From Fistulifera solaris (taxonomy: Eukaryota), in assembly GCA_030295235.1 (NCBI GenBank), contig AP026169.1:496001-560000 (forward strand): a stretch of DNA of 64,000 nucleotides. Direction: 5' to 3'. Positions 27,944 to 40,210 of this stretch are shown here, piece after piece. The position numbers and the translations under genes were made by a program. The notes under the pieces were generated by a model. The model did not search any database. It saw only the letters and a list, made by a program, of their open reading frames with translations, and had not been told where the DNA came from. Within the stretch, counting starts at the first letter, position 1, and each line of letters begins with the position of its first letter.

Positions 27944-28744
27944 ATGTCGGGGAGTTTCGAGTCTGTCAAGCGTGAAGCCGTTCAATTAGAGCGTCAACTG
28001 GAAGATAAGATTGCTCGCTTTCAGCAGGTAAGTACGTGGAAATTTTGTGCTTTCACAAATGACCCAGGTCGCAATCATACTGATCCGTGATCTGCTTTCT
28101 TTTCTTTCTGTTTGTCTTCCTCGAAGTTGACACAAAAATGGAGCGCCGCCACACATAGCACCGATTTAGGAAATAGCTTGAATCGAGCCGAGCTAGGACT
28201 CACGGAAAATTCTTCCGAAGCAATTGCTTCTCTACAGATAGAAATTCCGCGTTTGTTTTCTCAACTGCATGATGTCATTCACGGCCGTCTCATTCCGGCC
28301 GCAGCACTTCCTTCACAACGAGCCGTCGGCAACCGCTATCGCGATATTTGGCAAGATCTACGATCGGATTATGATAAATCATTAACCGTGCTGCGACGAG
28401 CGAAAGAACGACACGAACTGTTGGCGGGTGCGGCGGCCTCTTCCTCGGACGATGGACGTGACCCCGGCATGGAGAGTTTGTTGCGTGAACGCAATCACAT
28501 CAACAACTCCATGAATGCTGCAGCGTCGGTTATAGGTCAAGCCGAAAGTGTTCGACAAGATCTGCGCTGGCAAGGAAGATCCTTGCGTTCTGCAGGGACT
28601 TTGATTAACGCCATCACGACAAACATCCCTGGACTGAACGGTTTGGTAGAACAGATTCGACGACGACGATCTCGAGACGACCAAATTGTAGCTGGCGTGA
28701 TTGCTTCGTGTATTGTATTTACTTTGTGGTACCTGTTTGGCTAG
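27944..28744 (+). CDS. GOSR1: Golgi Qb-SNARE GOSR1/Gos1
   Basis: 'FESVKREAVQLERQLEDKI', 'LLRERNHINNS', 'IPGLNGLVEQIRRRRSRDDQIVAGVIASC' plus C-terminal TM. Intron 28028-28126. Confidence 0.9.
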
Positions 28745-28891
28745 ACGAGAGCGTTTTCGAAACAAGGAAATTGCAAAGCTTTGTTGTATCTGCATTGTGT
28801 AATGGGTTGTTACTCCGTAAAATCTTTAGACGTATCATTCAAGTGTGAGTCATGTAGAGAAAATAATTTTACTTAGTATAACGGAAATGCG

Positions 28892-29767
28892 CTACTTTAG
28901 TTTCTTGGCGTGAAAATCGATATGATCGGCAACGCACGCTGCGATGAAATAGTACGAATGGTCCATGCCTTCGTGACGACGAATCGTAACAGTTTGACCA
29001 ACAGACGCTGCAGTGCTTTCGAAATCGTCCAAACAAAGCTGTTCTTTCAAAAATTCATCGTCCAAACCTTGATCAATCAAGATGTCGTCGTACAACAACG
29101 ACTTTTCCGCAAGTTGTTTCAACAATTCCGTCGCATCGTGCGCCAAGCCAATTTCCACCGACCCAAAATAGTTTTCAAAAGCCTTCTTGCCCCACGGACA
29201 GGCCGTCGGATGACAGATGGGAGCAAAGGCTGAGACACTCTTCCAATCTGTCTCACCGGAAATCTTTGATTTAAAGGCTAACGTCAGAGCACCATGTCCT
29301 CCCATGGAATGTCCGGAAATGGACTTGAGCGCCGGGTTAATTCCGGGAAAGTTCTCGTTGATAACGGCAGGCAACTCCTTCTGAATGTAGCTCTCCATTT
29401 GAAAGTGCGCCTTCCATGGTTCTTGGGTAGCATTGATATAAAAGCCCGCACCTTGACCTAGATCATACGCGTCATCGTTGGCGACGGCTTCCCCCCGCGG
29501 AGACGTATCGGGCAGCACGAGCGCCAAACCGGCGGCATCCGCGTGTAGAAAGGCCCCGGCTTTTTGCGAAAAATTTTGATCGTTGCAGGTCAAGCCACTC
29601 AAATAGTAGAGCGCTGGTGTCGTCGGCGACGATTCGTGGTACGAATGCGGGAGGAAAATGGCAAACATCATGTCGCACGCGGTGCTGTTCGACTGGTGTT
29701 GACAGCGGTGCAGCACGCCGCCTTGGCGCGTCACGCGTGTGCTCGAAAGGATTTTGAAAGATGACAT
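28892..29767 (-). CDS. ESD: S-formylglutathione hydrolase (esterase D)
   Basis: 'LYYLSGLTC..NFSQKAG', 'PDTSPRG', 'GAGFY', 'GHSMGGHGAL', 'SVSAFAPI', 'DHSYYFI'; intact ORF. Confidence 0.95.
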   Translation of the reverse strand: MSSFKILSSTRVTRQGGVLHRCQHQSNSTACDMMFAIFLPHSYHESSPTTPALYYLSGLTCNDQNFSQKAGAFLHADAAGLALVLPDTSPRGEAVANDDAYDLGQGAGFYINATQEPWKAHFQMESYIQKELPAVINENFPGINPALKSISGHSMGGHGALTLAFKSKISGETDWKSVSAFAPICHPTACPWGKKAFENYFGSVEIGLAHDATELLKQLAEKSLLYDDILIDQGLDDEFLKEQLCLDDFESTAASVGQTVTIRRHEGMDHSYYFIAACVADHIDFHAKKLK

Positions 29768-30106
29768 GGTGAATGGAAAAGAACACAGAATGATTATTTA
29801 GTTTGCAAAAGAAGAGGCAAAGCAAAAATGAAGGAAACTGGAATGGCCAAAAACTAGTATCTTCGCTGCGCGTAGTCGCATCATCATCGCATCTTTATTG
29901 AGGCTTCGATAAGCCGGTAAGACAACAGCATCGTCATACCGGTAAAAGGGACCCTCGAGACGAAACCCCACACTTCACCTCGTTTGTATCGAATGAGAAA
30001 ACATAATGTACTCTGCCATGTATCGGAAGAAAGCCAATTGAACACACAATGAGCAAAATGGTTGAGTGTAGACTTCATTTTAGTGGGTACAAAGTATTTA
30101 TGTGCA

Positions 30107-30769
30107 TTAAATGAAGAAAGGATCGACCTTGTACCCTTTCTCCTCAATGGGCATATGCGAAAAATCTTCCAATACTTGTGCCAGCAATTCAGTCGTTTTC
30201 TTGTGATTGCTCAAATTATTCCTTCGATCCTTACTCGGTTCCGTTTCCTTGACGAGGAGGCACTGTTGACTTATTTGGCGAATCGGAATGCGCAGGCCTT
30301 GACTTTGGTCGGCCTGCTTACGTTGACTACTCAATTGCCGTACTGGAATAACAAGAGGAGATACCGGAGTCGAACCTATTTTCTCGGGGAGCAAGGAAGT
30401 GTCGTACACGTTCCGTCGGCTTCTCTGTCGAACCGGCAGGCGGATGGCCTGTGCTCCCAGAGCCATCCTCTTATCCCAATCATTCTTTACAAATTTTTCG
30501 TCACGGGGGCTCATCAATGTGGGCATATGCTTTAGCTGTTTCATACGCGGTGTGGCGGTGCTCGACCACCGGTTGGTGGGTTTTGGATCGCGTTGGTCCA
30601 GCCTGGGCCGCTTGGCAAACGATTGGGCGTACACAGGACTGCGCGCGTTGTCGGAGACCAATTGCAAGCAATTGATGGCTGGGAGTATTTGATGCAAAGG
30701 TAAGATTGTCATTGCCATAAAAATAGACTCTACGTTCTTAATAGGGAAGAATGAATAGATTGTCGCCAC
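30107..30769 (-). CDS. Hypothetical protein
   Basis: 220-aa ORF with 'QLVSDNARS' and repeated 'P(V/I)RQxS' motifs. Confidence 0.5.
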   Translation of the reverse strand: MATIYSFFPIKNVESIFMAMTILPLHQILPAINCLQLVSDNARSPVYAQSFAKRPRLDQRDPKPTNRWSSTATPRMKQLKHMPTLMSPRDEKFVKNDWDKRMALGAQAIRLPVRQRSRRNVYDTSLLPEKIGSTPVSPLVIPVRQLSSQRKQADQSQGLRIPIRQISQQCLLVKETEPSKDRRNNLSNHKKTTELLAQVLEDFSHMPIEEKGYKVDPFFI

Positions 30770-31823
30770 GATGTTGTGTTACACCTTACCAACACGAAAG
30801 AGGCGGGCGAACTCGACTGGCAAAAAAATTCAACAGTACCACGTACCAGGTACTGGTACCTGGTACGCAACAACCGACAACGTCGCGGCTTAAGCGCGCA
30901 GGAATGTTTAAATTATTTCTCCGAGGTGAGACAAAGAGAAATTGGTCTAATACACTGTTGACTATAGTGATGACAGTTAGCACGTGACACTAAATGTTTG
31001 TTTCTCCGCATGGAGAATAAAGAAAGAAATTAGAATGTAGAAAAAGGACCAAAGATCAAGGGCTAATAAAAACAGGAACAAAGATCAAGTACAAGTAAAA
31101 GGGCGAAGGCCTAAGTTCAAGGCACGACGAAAAGCAATGGGCGATGGGCGGTTGTCGGAGGGCAGAGCCGAAACAGGGAAGCTATAAGAGCCAAGAACCA
31201 AGGAAAAGTGACAAGTGTCATTATTAATTCTTGGCTTATTGCTTAAAAGCCCCTCTAGCTCTGCTTTACGTTTTAGAGACATCGAACAAAAGATTATCGA
31301 AAACAGTGGAAGTTCGACGTGCAGTAGTCCTATGTCCAATTGCTAACGTCTTATGTTCTTCATTGCGCATTGCGCTTCACCTTCTACCTTCCCTTCCCCC
31401 GCTTCCGCCTTCGTTCCTTTTTTTAATTCCTGTCGTCTGTCGTTGTATATTGTACACTGGCGATTGGCGATTGGCGACCTGGTGACTGCTGACTCGATAA
31501 TTGTGACTCTAGAGCTATGTGTACCTGTACTTGTACGGTACTGTAAAGCAGTCAGCAACCGTAGACCGTAGGTCGTAGGTCGTAGGTCTGTTGATCTCAG
31601 GTTATGACCTTAAAGTTCAATAGAAAATATACTAGGTACCTAAGTGGTTGGGACATGGAAAATCTGAGTTACAATATCACCGATAACCGCTGACACGGAC
31701 AGCGAACAAAAAACCTTTGAACCGTTTCATTACAGAGTACCCGGAGTATTTTTAAATCTTGGGTTTTGGGTTTGCGGTTTGTTTTTGTGTTCATGAAAGG
31801 TTTGGGCATGGGACATGGGACAT

Positions 31824-31904
31824 GGGAACGGCGTTAAAATTCTGCCTCCTCGTAGACGCTACGTAGAATATTGTACTGGGAGGCAGAATTTTAACGTCCT
31901 TCCC
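31824..31904 (+). mobile_element. 81-bp hairpin / MITE-like element
   Basis: Arms GGGAACGGCGTTAAAATTCTGCCTCC ... GGAGGCAGAATTTTAACGTCCTTCCC; nearly identical to 42104-42184. Confidence 0.8.
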
Positions 31905-32116
31905 AGATACTCTCCACTCTGTATGACACAAATCATCTAGCATCTAGCTACAGAGAGACTCATGGGACTACAAACTACTTTGGAACTTAATTAGGGAGCC
32001 TATGGCAAACCAATGTTGTAAAAAGTCCAGCGTTAGTGCCTAGTCGTCCTTTCTTATAACAACAGCGAGTAACTAGACTGCTTAGAATTCTTCTGACAAG
32101 TCAATCGGAGATTCCA

Positions 32117-35042
32117 TTAGAGGGTGTGATGTGTGATCCAAATGGATGCGCGCGTTGCCAGCTCAATATTATGATGAAAACAGACTAACTGATAAATGAA
32201 AACAATGTCCAGGGTGTTATCTTCCAACTTAGAGAAAGGCCTTTCGGTTACGCACACTTTCCAGGTGTTTAAACAGTGATTCACTTCTTTTCCTAGCTTT
32301 GACTTGCTCATTGATAAGCAGACTGCCTGAAGCACTTTTAGAAGGTTGTCAACATCTTCATGTACGCGCTTCATCATGATATCATTCTGCAACATATTGA
32401 GTATCACATCGACTGCCTTCGCTTGTTCGGTACTGTCCATGGTACCCAAGCTCGCACATTGTGCATGGAAAAATTGATTCAAAAGCTCGCTCTCAGATAC
32501 CAATAGCACGAAGACGGGTTTCATCCACGATTCAATATTCGTGAGCTGTTCCTGTCGACTGTGCTGAACAAACCTCCCTAGTGCAGCCAATAGCAATTCG
32601 ACCATAGATTGAGGGAGTAACCTAGTGAGGTTTACGGAAGCATCATCACGAACTATATCCATTGAAAAGGCAGCTAGGATAGAGACTGCGGCACGAATCC
32701 AGACGGCTTCGGAAGTCTTGAACAATGCATCTCCAGATTCCAATAATTTGCTCAATAGAGTGTGCAGTGTTGGCAACAGTTTCTTTGATCCGCATTGCAT
32801 TAAGCAGGTCACTACATTCGCCAGAGCGCCATCCAAAGCTTGCAGTTTTTCTGACTTGACGACGTGATCGGGCTTGTTATCATCCCACCACTTTTCATTA
32901 CAGATCTCCAGCAAACCAGTTGAGTCTACCAAAAAGCAAATATAAGTCTGCATTCTGATCGTCCTCCGCGAACTGTGTATCGACCAAACAATAAAAGTGG
33001 CAAAATCTGGACTCAGCAATGGGCCATCACTCTTGTGAAGACACCTTGCACACGAGCTTGCAAGACCTTTGATGATGAGCTCCGTCGGAGGACCAAGAGT
33101 GAGTATCAACGAGATAGCCAGGTGTTGCAAAATGGGAGACATAGTTTCGAAAATGGAGTTCTCGCTGCGAGTGTGAGAGTCAACGAAAAGGGGTTCCACT
33201 GACTGGCGAATAGATTGTAAGAGAGGACTTCCTACGTTACCGCTTCGCTGTGCGATTTGCAGCAGACACGATAACACAGAAAAACTTTCTCTTTCAAAAT
33301 CGCCCTTCCAGGCATTGAGATAGCTCGGAAGAATTTCTACTGTTTTCGACGTCTCGCTGGAACATGTGATATCGCAGTTCTCCGGACCATAGCTTTGTTC
33401 AATTAATGCTATTGCGAGACTAGCGGCCGCCCTGCCGACTTTTGATCTTGCGATGTTTTCATTGAACATTTCTTTATGGCTGAAAAAGGCCCTGTGAAAG
33501 AGTGTCCTTAGCTGATCAAAAACCGCTGTACCTGCACCCCAAAGACTTTCACCGTCTAAAAGAAGGATCGATAAGACTTGAATGGTCGGCGCCGAGACCA
33601 TATCTTGAGAAGACTCCGTGTTGTCTAAGTCGTTCAGCCGCATCTTCAGCTTGGAATGTACATAATTGGTAACGTGTTTGATAGCCGTAGATACCTGATG
33701 ATCGTCCCAAACCTTACGAAACGAAGTACACATGCACAAGACGGTGGAACTTACTTCGAAATTGGCGTCTTTTGCCCTACTATTGGGCGAGCCGTCATCG
33801 TAGAAAGGGAAGTGTTCGAGTATCAAATGCAAAAGTTGACCGCATTGCTTCTTGAATCGCGCTACTTCCTCACCACCAGCAACCAAAGTAGAAGCAATCG
33901 ACGGGCCATATGTCTTCCAAAATAGATTCATGCAGCGCAACAGTTGGTAAGTGATTTGGAGATCTTCCCACGACAAGCGGTAGGCTTCTTCATTGAATAT
34001 AAATCCTTTTGCGTCACTTCAACAAACTTGTCTCGAAGCTTGAATAAGAATTCCTTGGCGAAGTCCAACGAGATGATCTGTTGTGGTAGGCTGCTTGTCG
34101 CGAACGCATCATCACCCGTTGATTTCGTGGAATGAAGCAGATCACGAAAAGAGGTTGTTGGGCCAACGTTATGCTGCGCACTTGATTTGGAAACAAACAA
34201 CGAATTCGTCGACATGGGTTGATGCTCTGAAGTCATGCGATATCGTTCTGGAATTGATAGAAAGTCTTCATCCGCGTCGTCGTTGCCAGCGACAGCCTCC
34301 AACAACAAAAGAAGAGCTTCCAAAATAACCGATTGCTGCCCATTTGTAGATTGTTGTGCTGTTTTCCCAGCATTTCGTTTTCGCTTCTTGGCTTTCGATT
34401 CACTCGTTTCGGTGCTCTGCTGTTGTGATGTTCGTTGAGTAGTGACGCGGTAGTCCACAAGAATTCGGACAAACGCCGGTAACAATTTGGTCGAAATGTA
34501 CGGTCGAACCAAATGCGGGACGTATCGACTCAACAACGCTACCGCTTCGGCACCATCACGCCGCGTGGACTTGTCCAAACTGTTGAGTGTCGATGCTACA
34601 AACGCGATGATGAACCCCGAAAGCGGAACTAATTCATTAATGTTCACCAACTTTAGCAACAAATGCTTGAGCATGGCCAAACTGAGAGTCCTAACTTCAT
34701 CTTCTTCATCTACCAGGCATTTGGAGCAAATGTTGACCCACAAGGAGATATTTTGACGCACACTAGAATTGTCTTGAATGTGACTCAGGATGTCTCGCAA
34801 ACCTTTCGCCGCCTAGATTCGTACCGCTCGAGCGGGATGCTGCAACTGAGTAGAGAGCTCGGAGATAGAGCGACCTCGTGACGAAATCAATGCATCGTCG
34901 TGCTTTTCTACTTGAACAGCTTGCTCTCGCAGTGACAGTGATGCCGCGCGGAAGCTTGTCTCGGTCAGATTCAACTGTTTCGGCGCTCTTTTTCCGACCT
35001 TCGCTTTGATTTTCTTGAAGTCTGGTGGTGGTTTGGGGGCAT
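32117..35042 (-). CDS. TEX10: TEX10/Ipi1 pre-rRNA processing (rixosome) protein
   Basis: N-terminal 'DFKKIKAKVGKRAPKQLNLTETSFRAASLSLREQ', 'LQHPARAVR', then HEAT-like helical repeats. Frameshifts near 35035, 34815 and 34005. Confidence 0.8.
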
Positions 35043-35654
35043 GATACTGCACTGCACTGTCTACTATATTGATGAAACCATTCAATGAGTGAACGAAAAT
35101 GAAGCGGGGGCCATGTATTTATTTTTGGAAAAGGACAAGATGCGAAGAAAAACGGAGGGCATGGTTCATTACGAGAAGTGACGGGCCAAGGACAAACGTT
35201 GCAGTTTTACGTGACTCATTTCACATAAATCAGTTATAGTCTCGATGAACTATGGCTAATAGTGTAAATTCAACTTTACCACGACTACATTTCAGTCATG
35301 AATCGAAATTCTTCCGAGACAAACTTGTTTAAGTTTATGTATTGTATCCTGATTTATCTATGTCAATTAACCACTCATGCGATTTAACATCCATAGAATG
35401 TCAGGTGCCCCGGTACCGTACCTGGTTACAGGGTAACGACCGACATGCACACCAGGTGTCTCTAACCTAACCCCCTTGCCCCTTGTCGAAATCGTAATTC
35501 GCTGTCTGGCAGGCGTCCGCAACAACACAATTAACGACTAACGACCAACGAAACGAGAAACCAACAAATCCGTATTTCCCTTGATATTCTTTAGCAAGAG
35601 TCTGTAGCTCTTTATACTTTCTCGATTGCAATTACTTATTGTAGATTACCAGCA

Positions 35655-37423
35655 ATGGCTACGTTGTTTGGAAAATCGACACGAAAGCGCGTGCGAACGG
35701 ATGATGCGCTTCTTCCCGAGCAGTCGTCGTCTTTGACAAAAGCCACCGCCGCGGAAGAATCGTCCAGAACACGTGTTATAGAAACCAAAAGCCCCTTTCC
35801 ACTTACGCCACATTCGAGGATCTAGGCCTAGCCGATCCATTGATCAAAACCTGTCGAGAATTAGGCTTTCGAAAACCCACGCCTGTACAGCGCGTCGTCA
35901 TACCCTTCTTATTGCAGCAACGTCACTCCCATCTCATGGCGTTGGCGAGTACCGGCTCCGGAAAAACGGCAGCCTTCTGTCTACCCATTCTACAACATTT
36001 ATCCGAAGATCCCTACGGAATATACGCTGTCGTACTGACGCCGACGCGGGAACTCGCCAAGCAGATTCATCAGCAAGTGGTCGCTCTCGGTAGTTCATAC
36101 CGAGTCCAATCCGCTTTGGTGGTCGGCGGATTGGATAGTGTACGACAGTCTTGTGAATTAGATCAGCGGCCACATTTCTGTGTCGCTACGCCGGGACGAT
36201 TGGCGACCTTGTTACGGGGTCCGCAGCCGCCCAAATTGGGACAAGTGCAGTATCTGGTGTTGGATGAAGCCGATCGCTTGTTGACGCCCCACAGTGGCTT
36301 TGAGCGGGATGTAGCCGAGTTGTTACTTCATTGTACCTCCAATAAACCACGAAGGATGCCGTGTCAGACGCTTCTTTTTAGTGCCACCATGACGAAAAGT
36401 TTGGAGAGTTTAGAGGACATTGCGGGGTCGGGATTGGGTCGGCTGCCTCTGGAAAAATTTATGATTCAGGATCACGCTGTAGAGAATGCTGATAGCGCCA
36501 AACTCATCAAGACAAACAAAAGTAGCAGCAAGGAAGATATTAACGACGAAAGCGATGAAGAGTCATCTGTAAAGAAAATGAAGCAAGAGTCAAACGGTGA
36601 CGAAGGCGACGACGAACCTGATGAAGGGGGAAAGTCTATTCCAAAGATTCCTGAAGGATTGAGTCAGCAATATATCTTCATGCCCTCCAGGGTGCGCGAT
36701 GCTTACTTGCTTGCCGCTGTACGCACGCTTATGGCGTACGGCGGAAGATCCCCCGATCAAGTGGTCGCGGAAGCAAAGAAACTCAAACGCGACAAACGCA
36801 AAAAATTCTCCAAGCAAAGCAAGGACGAATATGATCACGAAAAGGAAGCAACCAAGGCACGATCTGCTATTATATTTGTTTCAACTTGTGAGAGAGCTGC
36901 GCTTGTCTCCGGAATTCTTTCGCATGTTGGTGTCGAGAATGTTGCATTACATTCACTTTTGTCTCAAAATCGGCGCCTGGCCTCACTAGGAAAGTTCAAG
37001 TCCCAGCAAGTTCGAGTCTTAGTGGCAACGGATGTTGCGTCACGGGGACTGGACATACCGACCGTAGATTTGGTCATCAACTCGGAACTTCCCCGCAGTG
37101 CTTTTTGTTATGTGCACCGGGTGGGCCGCACCGCCCGAGCGGGTCGCCGAGGAAAAGCCATTTCCCTGGTGGCCGAATCCGAAGTTGCCCTCGTGCATGC
37201 CGCCGAACGCGTTTCGGGTCGAGCACTCGAAAAGTGTACCGAAGTGACCGATGATATTGCGATTCAGCTTCTGGGATCTGTGACCAAAGCGGCGCGATTG
37301 ACGAAGATGAAACTCATGGAAATTGGCTTTGACGAGTTGGTGGAGAAATTCAAGGAGCGTAAAGCACGTGACGCGAAGGAGCGCGAGCGAATCGAGAAGG
37401 CACTGAAGAAAATGGGGAATTAG
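35655..37423 (+). CDS. DDX49: DEAD-box RNA helicase DDX49/Dbp8-like
   Basis: Q motif, 'STGSGKTAAFCLPILQHLSEDPYGIYAVVLTPTRELA', DEAD, SAT, 'ATDVASRGLDIP', 'HRVGRTARAGR'. Frameshift near 35795. Confidence 0.9.
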
Positions 37424-37642
37424 CAGTAGTAGTTGGTCTAATAGGAAATAATTAGGTCAATTTAAAGATAGTCTGAAGGGTCAAGGTTTTGACAAAATCC
37501 GTGACAATGACAGATTTTTGTCATGAGTCACGAATGATTTTTCCTTTTAATTCAATTTGGCTTTAATTGTGGGCCCATCAATTTATTCATTTTGACGTTA
37601 ATAGCAACACACGCTTCTCTCTACGCAACGTTTATTATCGTC

Positions 37643-38352
37643 ATGCATCGTAACCGGCACCTCATCCTCTTGGCATTATTCGTTTCCTATGGATGTGCAT
37701 TCCAATTCACCCAGGCCGAAGATGGCATCGGCATGTTTGGGAACGTCGCGCCACTTCCGACTGGATCGATATCACAGAAGATGGAGGGGTGTTACTTCAA
37801 GAAAAGAGTCTCGCAGATGCCAGTTTATGCCGGAACGAGCACGAATTTCTATCACTTCAATACACTGGGACAATCGCTCCCTCGACTTGGACCGTCGATG
37901 AGACCATTCACTGTTGGCTGAACGAGCAACAAGGACTTTCCGACCTAGCCGATGCATTCCGAGAGCACAAGATTGATGAAAAAAAGCTTCTCAACGAAAA
38001 AACGTTCAACGAAGCGTTTGTGACCGACGTGCTGGGCGTGTCGGCCAAGATAAAAGCCAAGAAGCTGGTGATGGCGGCGAAACGATTGAGTACGGTCCGC
38101 CAAGAATTTACTCCTGGGCTGGAATTCGATTCTAAAGATTCGTTTGAAGTGCCCATTCGTGGCTCGAAACTGATTCAGGGAATGTCCCGAGGACTGGCCT
38201 ACATGGTACAAGAAAAGGTAGCTCATGCTGAAATTTTGTGTCGCTCGGATTATGCCTATGGATCCGAAGGATACCGCAAGGTTAACGGAGATGTATTGGT
38301 TCCGCCCTTTGCCTGCCTTTGCTTTGATGTCAAAATTGTGAGCTCCCATTAA
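37643..38352 (+). CDS. FKBP-type PPIase-like protein with inserted SAM-like domain, signal peptide
   Basis: 'LQYTGT'...'GLEFDS..F.....LIQGM..GL..M....EILCRSDYAYGSEG..VPP..CLCFDV'. Signal MHRNRHLILLALFVSYGCAF. Frameshift near 37805. Confidence 0.75.
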
Positions 38353-38798
38353 CAAACCATCAAGCCATCTCAAATTTTCATACGTATGACATAGGCGATG
38401 ATACCTCGCGGCTATACTATTTAGCTAATGGACCAATCATAACCCGGTGCAATGTGTAAATGAAGATAGATTCTTTTTTCGGTGATAGGAGTTTTTATGT
38501 TAAGCGTCCTTGCCTTTACAATCCAAGACCTTAGTTCTTCAAACTAAATACTAGTTTGGAGTCGTACCGCGACTAACCCCTCGTCATTGATTCCAGGTGG
38601 AACAAGTCGTGCGAGTTCAGGACTGAAAGCGCTCTTCAAAACTTCAACTTGCGGTGGATGATCTCATAATATTATCTCATCGCATCGCAGCAACATCGGT
38701 TGTCGTTTGTCGCCAAAGAGAACAATAACATTGCATTCAAGAGATTGCCAAGAGCAGCATCTTTTTCTACATTATTACTAGTTCTTGTTTCCTCTCCA

Positions 38799-40091
38799 AT
38801 GAAATTCTACATCGCCGCAACTATCCTTTCGTTGACTTTGGCCAGTTCTTCAGCCTTTACCGCCTCTCCTCACCCACGCCCATCGACGCGTTTGGCTTCG
38901 GCACCGGCCACCGCCACATCAGCTGCGGCGGATGGTAAGAAAAACGCAGGATCCGCTGTTGATTCGCGCGGCTCGCGGTGAAAAGGTGGAACGCACGCCC
39001 GTGTGGATGATGCGACAAGCTGGACGTCACATTAAGGAGTATCGCGATCTTTGCAAGAAGTACCCCACATTCCGAGAACGATCGGAAATTCCGGAAGTTG
39101 CCGTGGAAGTGTCGCTTCAGCCCTGGAGAAACTATCAAACGGATGGTTGCATTCTATTTTCGGATATTCTGACTCCACTTCCGGGCATTGGATGCGAGTT
39201 TGTGATTGACGAGAAAGTTGGTCCGATCATGACGCCCATTCGAAGTTACGACGAGGCGAAGAAGGTTCGTACAAAATTTTATGCGAAGGAGATGTTTGGC
39301 CTTGCTGCTCTATACTAATTCGATTCTTCTACTGTCTTTAATTTCAGATGCACAAGCTAGACCCCACCGTGTCGACACCATTTGTTGCCGAAGCGCTGCA
39401 AGCACTTCGCGAGGCCGTCGGACCCGAGACGGCCGTTTTAGGCTTCGTGGGTTGCCCGTACACTCTCGCGACTTATATTGTGGAAGGAAAGACTTCCAAG
39501 GAATACTTGGAAATCAAGAAGATGGCGATGACCGAGCCAAAGCTCTTGCACACGATCTTGCAGACATTGGCGGATAACATTGGAGATTATGCGTTGTATC
39601 AAATTGAAAGCGGTGCGCAACTCATTCAAATCTTTGATTCGTGGGCAGGTCATTTGTCTCCCCGGGACTATGATGAGTTTGCTGCTCCGTATCAAAAGCA
39701 GATTTTGGATAAGATCAAAGCGAACTATCCCGACATTCCGACGGTTACCTACATCAAGCATTCGGGGGCTCTTGTGGAACGCATTGCTGGAACTGGAGTA
39801 GATGTGGTGTCTTTGGATTGGACTGTTGATATGGCTGAAGGTCGAGATCGCGTGGCTGCTGGGAGAAAGGCGGCCGGTTTATCGGGACGGGGCGGTGTGC
39901 AAGGCAACTTGGACCCCGCCGTTTTGTTGTGCGACAACCACGATGTCATCAAGGAGCGTACCCACGAAATTTTGAAGAAAGCCGGTCCCACCGGACATGT
40001 AATGAATCTTGGACATGGAATTGAAGCCATTACACCGGAAGAGAACGCCCGTTTCTTTATTGAAACCGTAAGAAACTATCGTCACGAGTAA
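38799..40091 (+). CDS. hemE: Uroporphyrinogen decarboxylase, plastid-targeted
   Basis: '[24 protein letters not shown]', 'ILFSDILTP', 'QIFDSW', 'VQGNLDP', 'NLGHGI'. Presequence 'SSSAFTA'. Intron 39265-39347; frameshift near 38940. Confidence 0.95.
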
Positions 40092-40210
40092 GTGCACTAT
40101 GGGACTGAATAAAATAAAACATTACATCATACAAGACCATGACATCTCTGCATGGAACTGTGGAATATGAAATATACGATACGTCAAGATAGAGCCCCAA
40201 GGAAAGCGTT

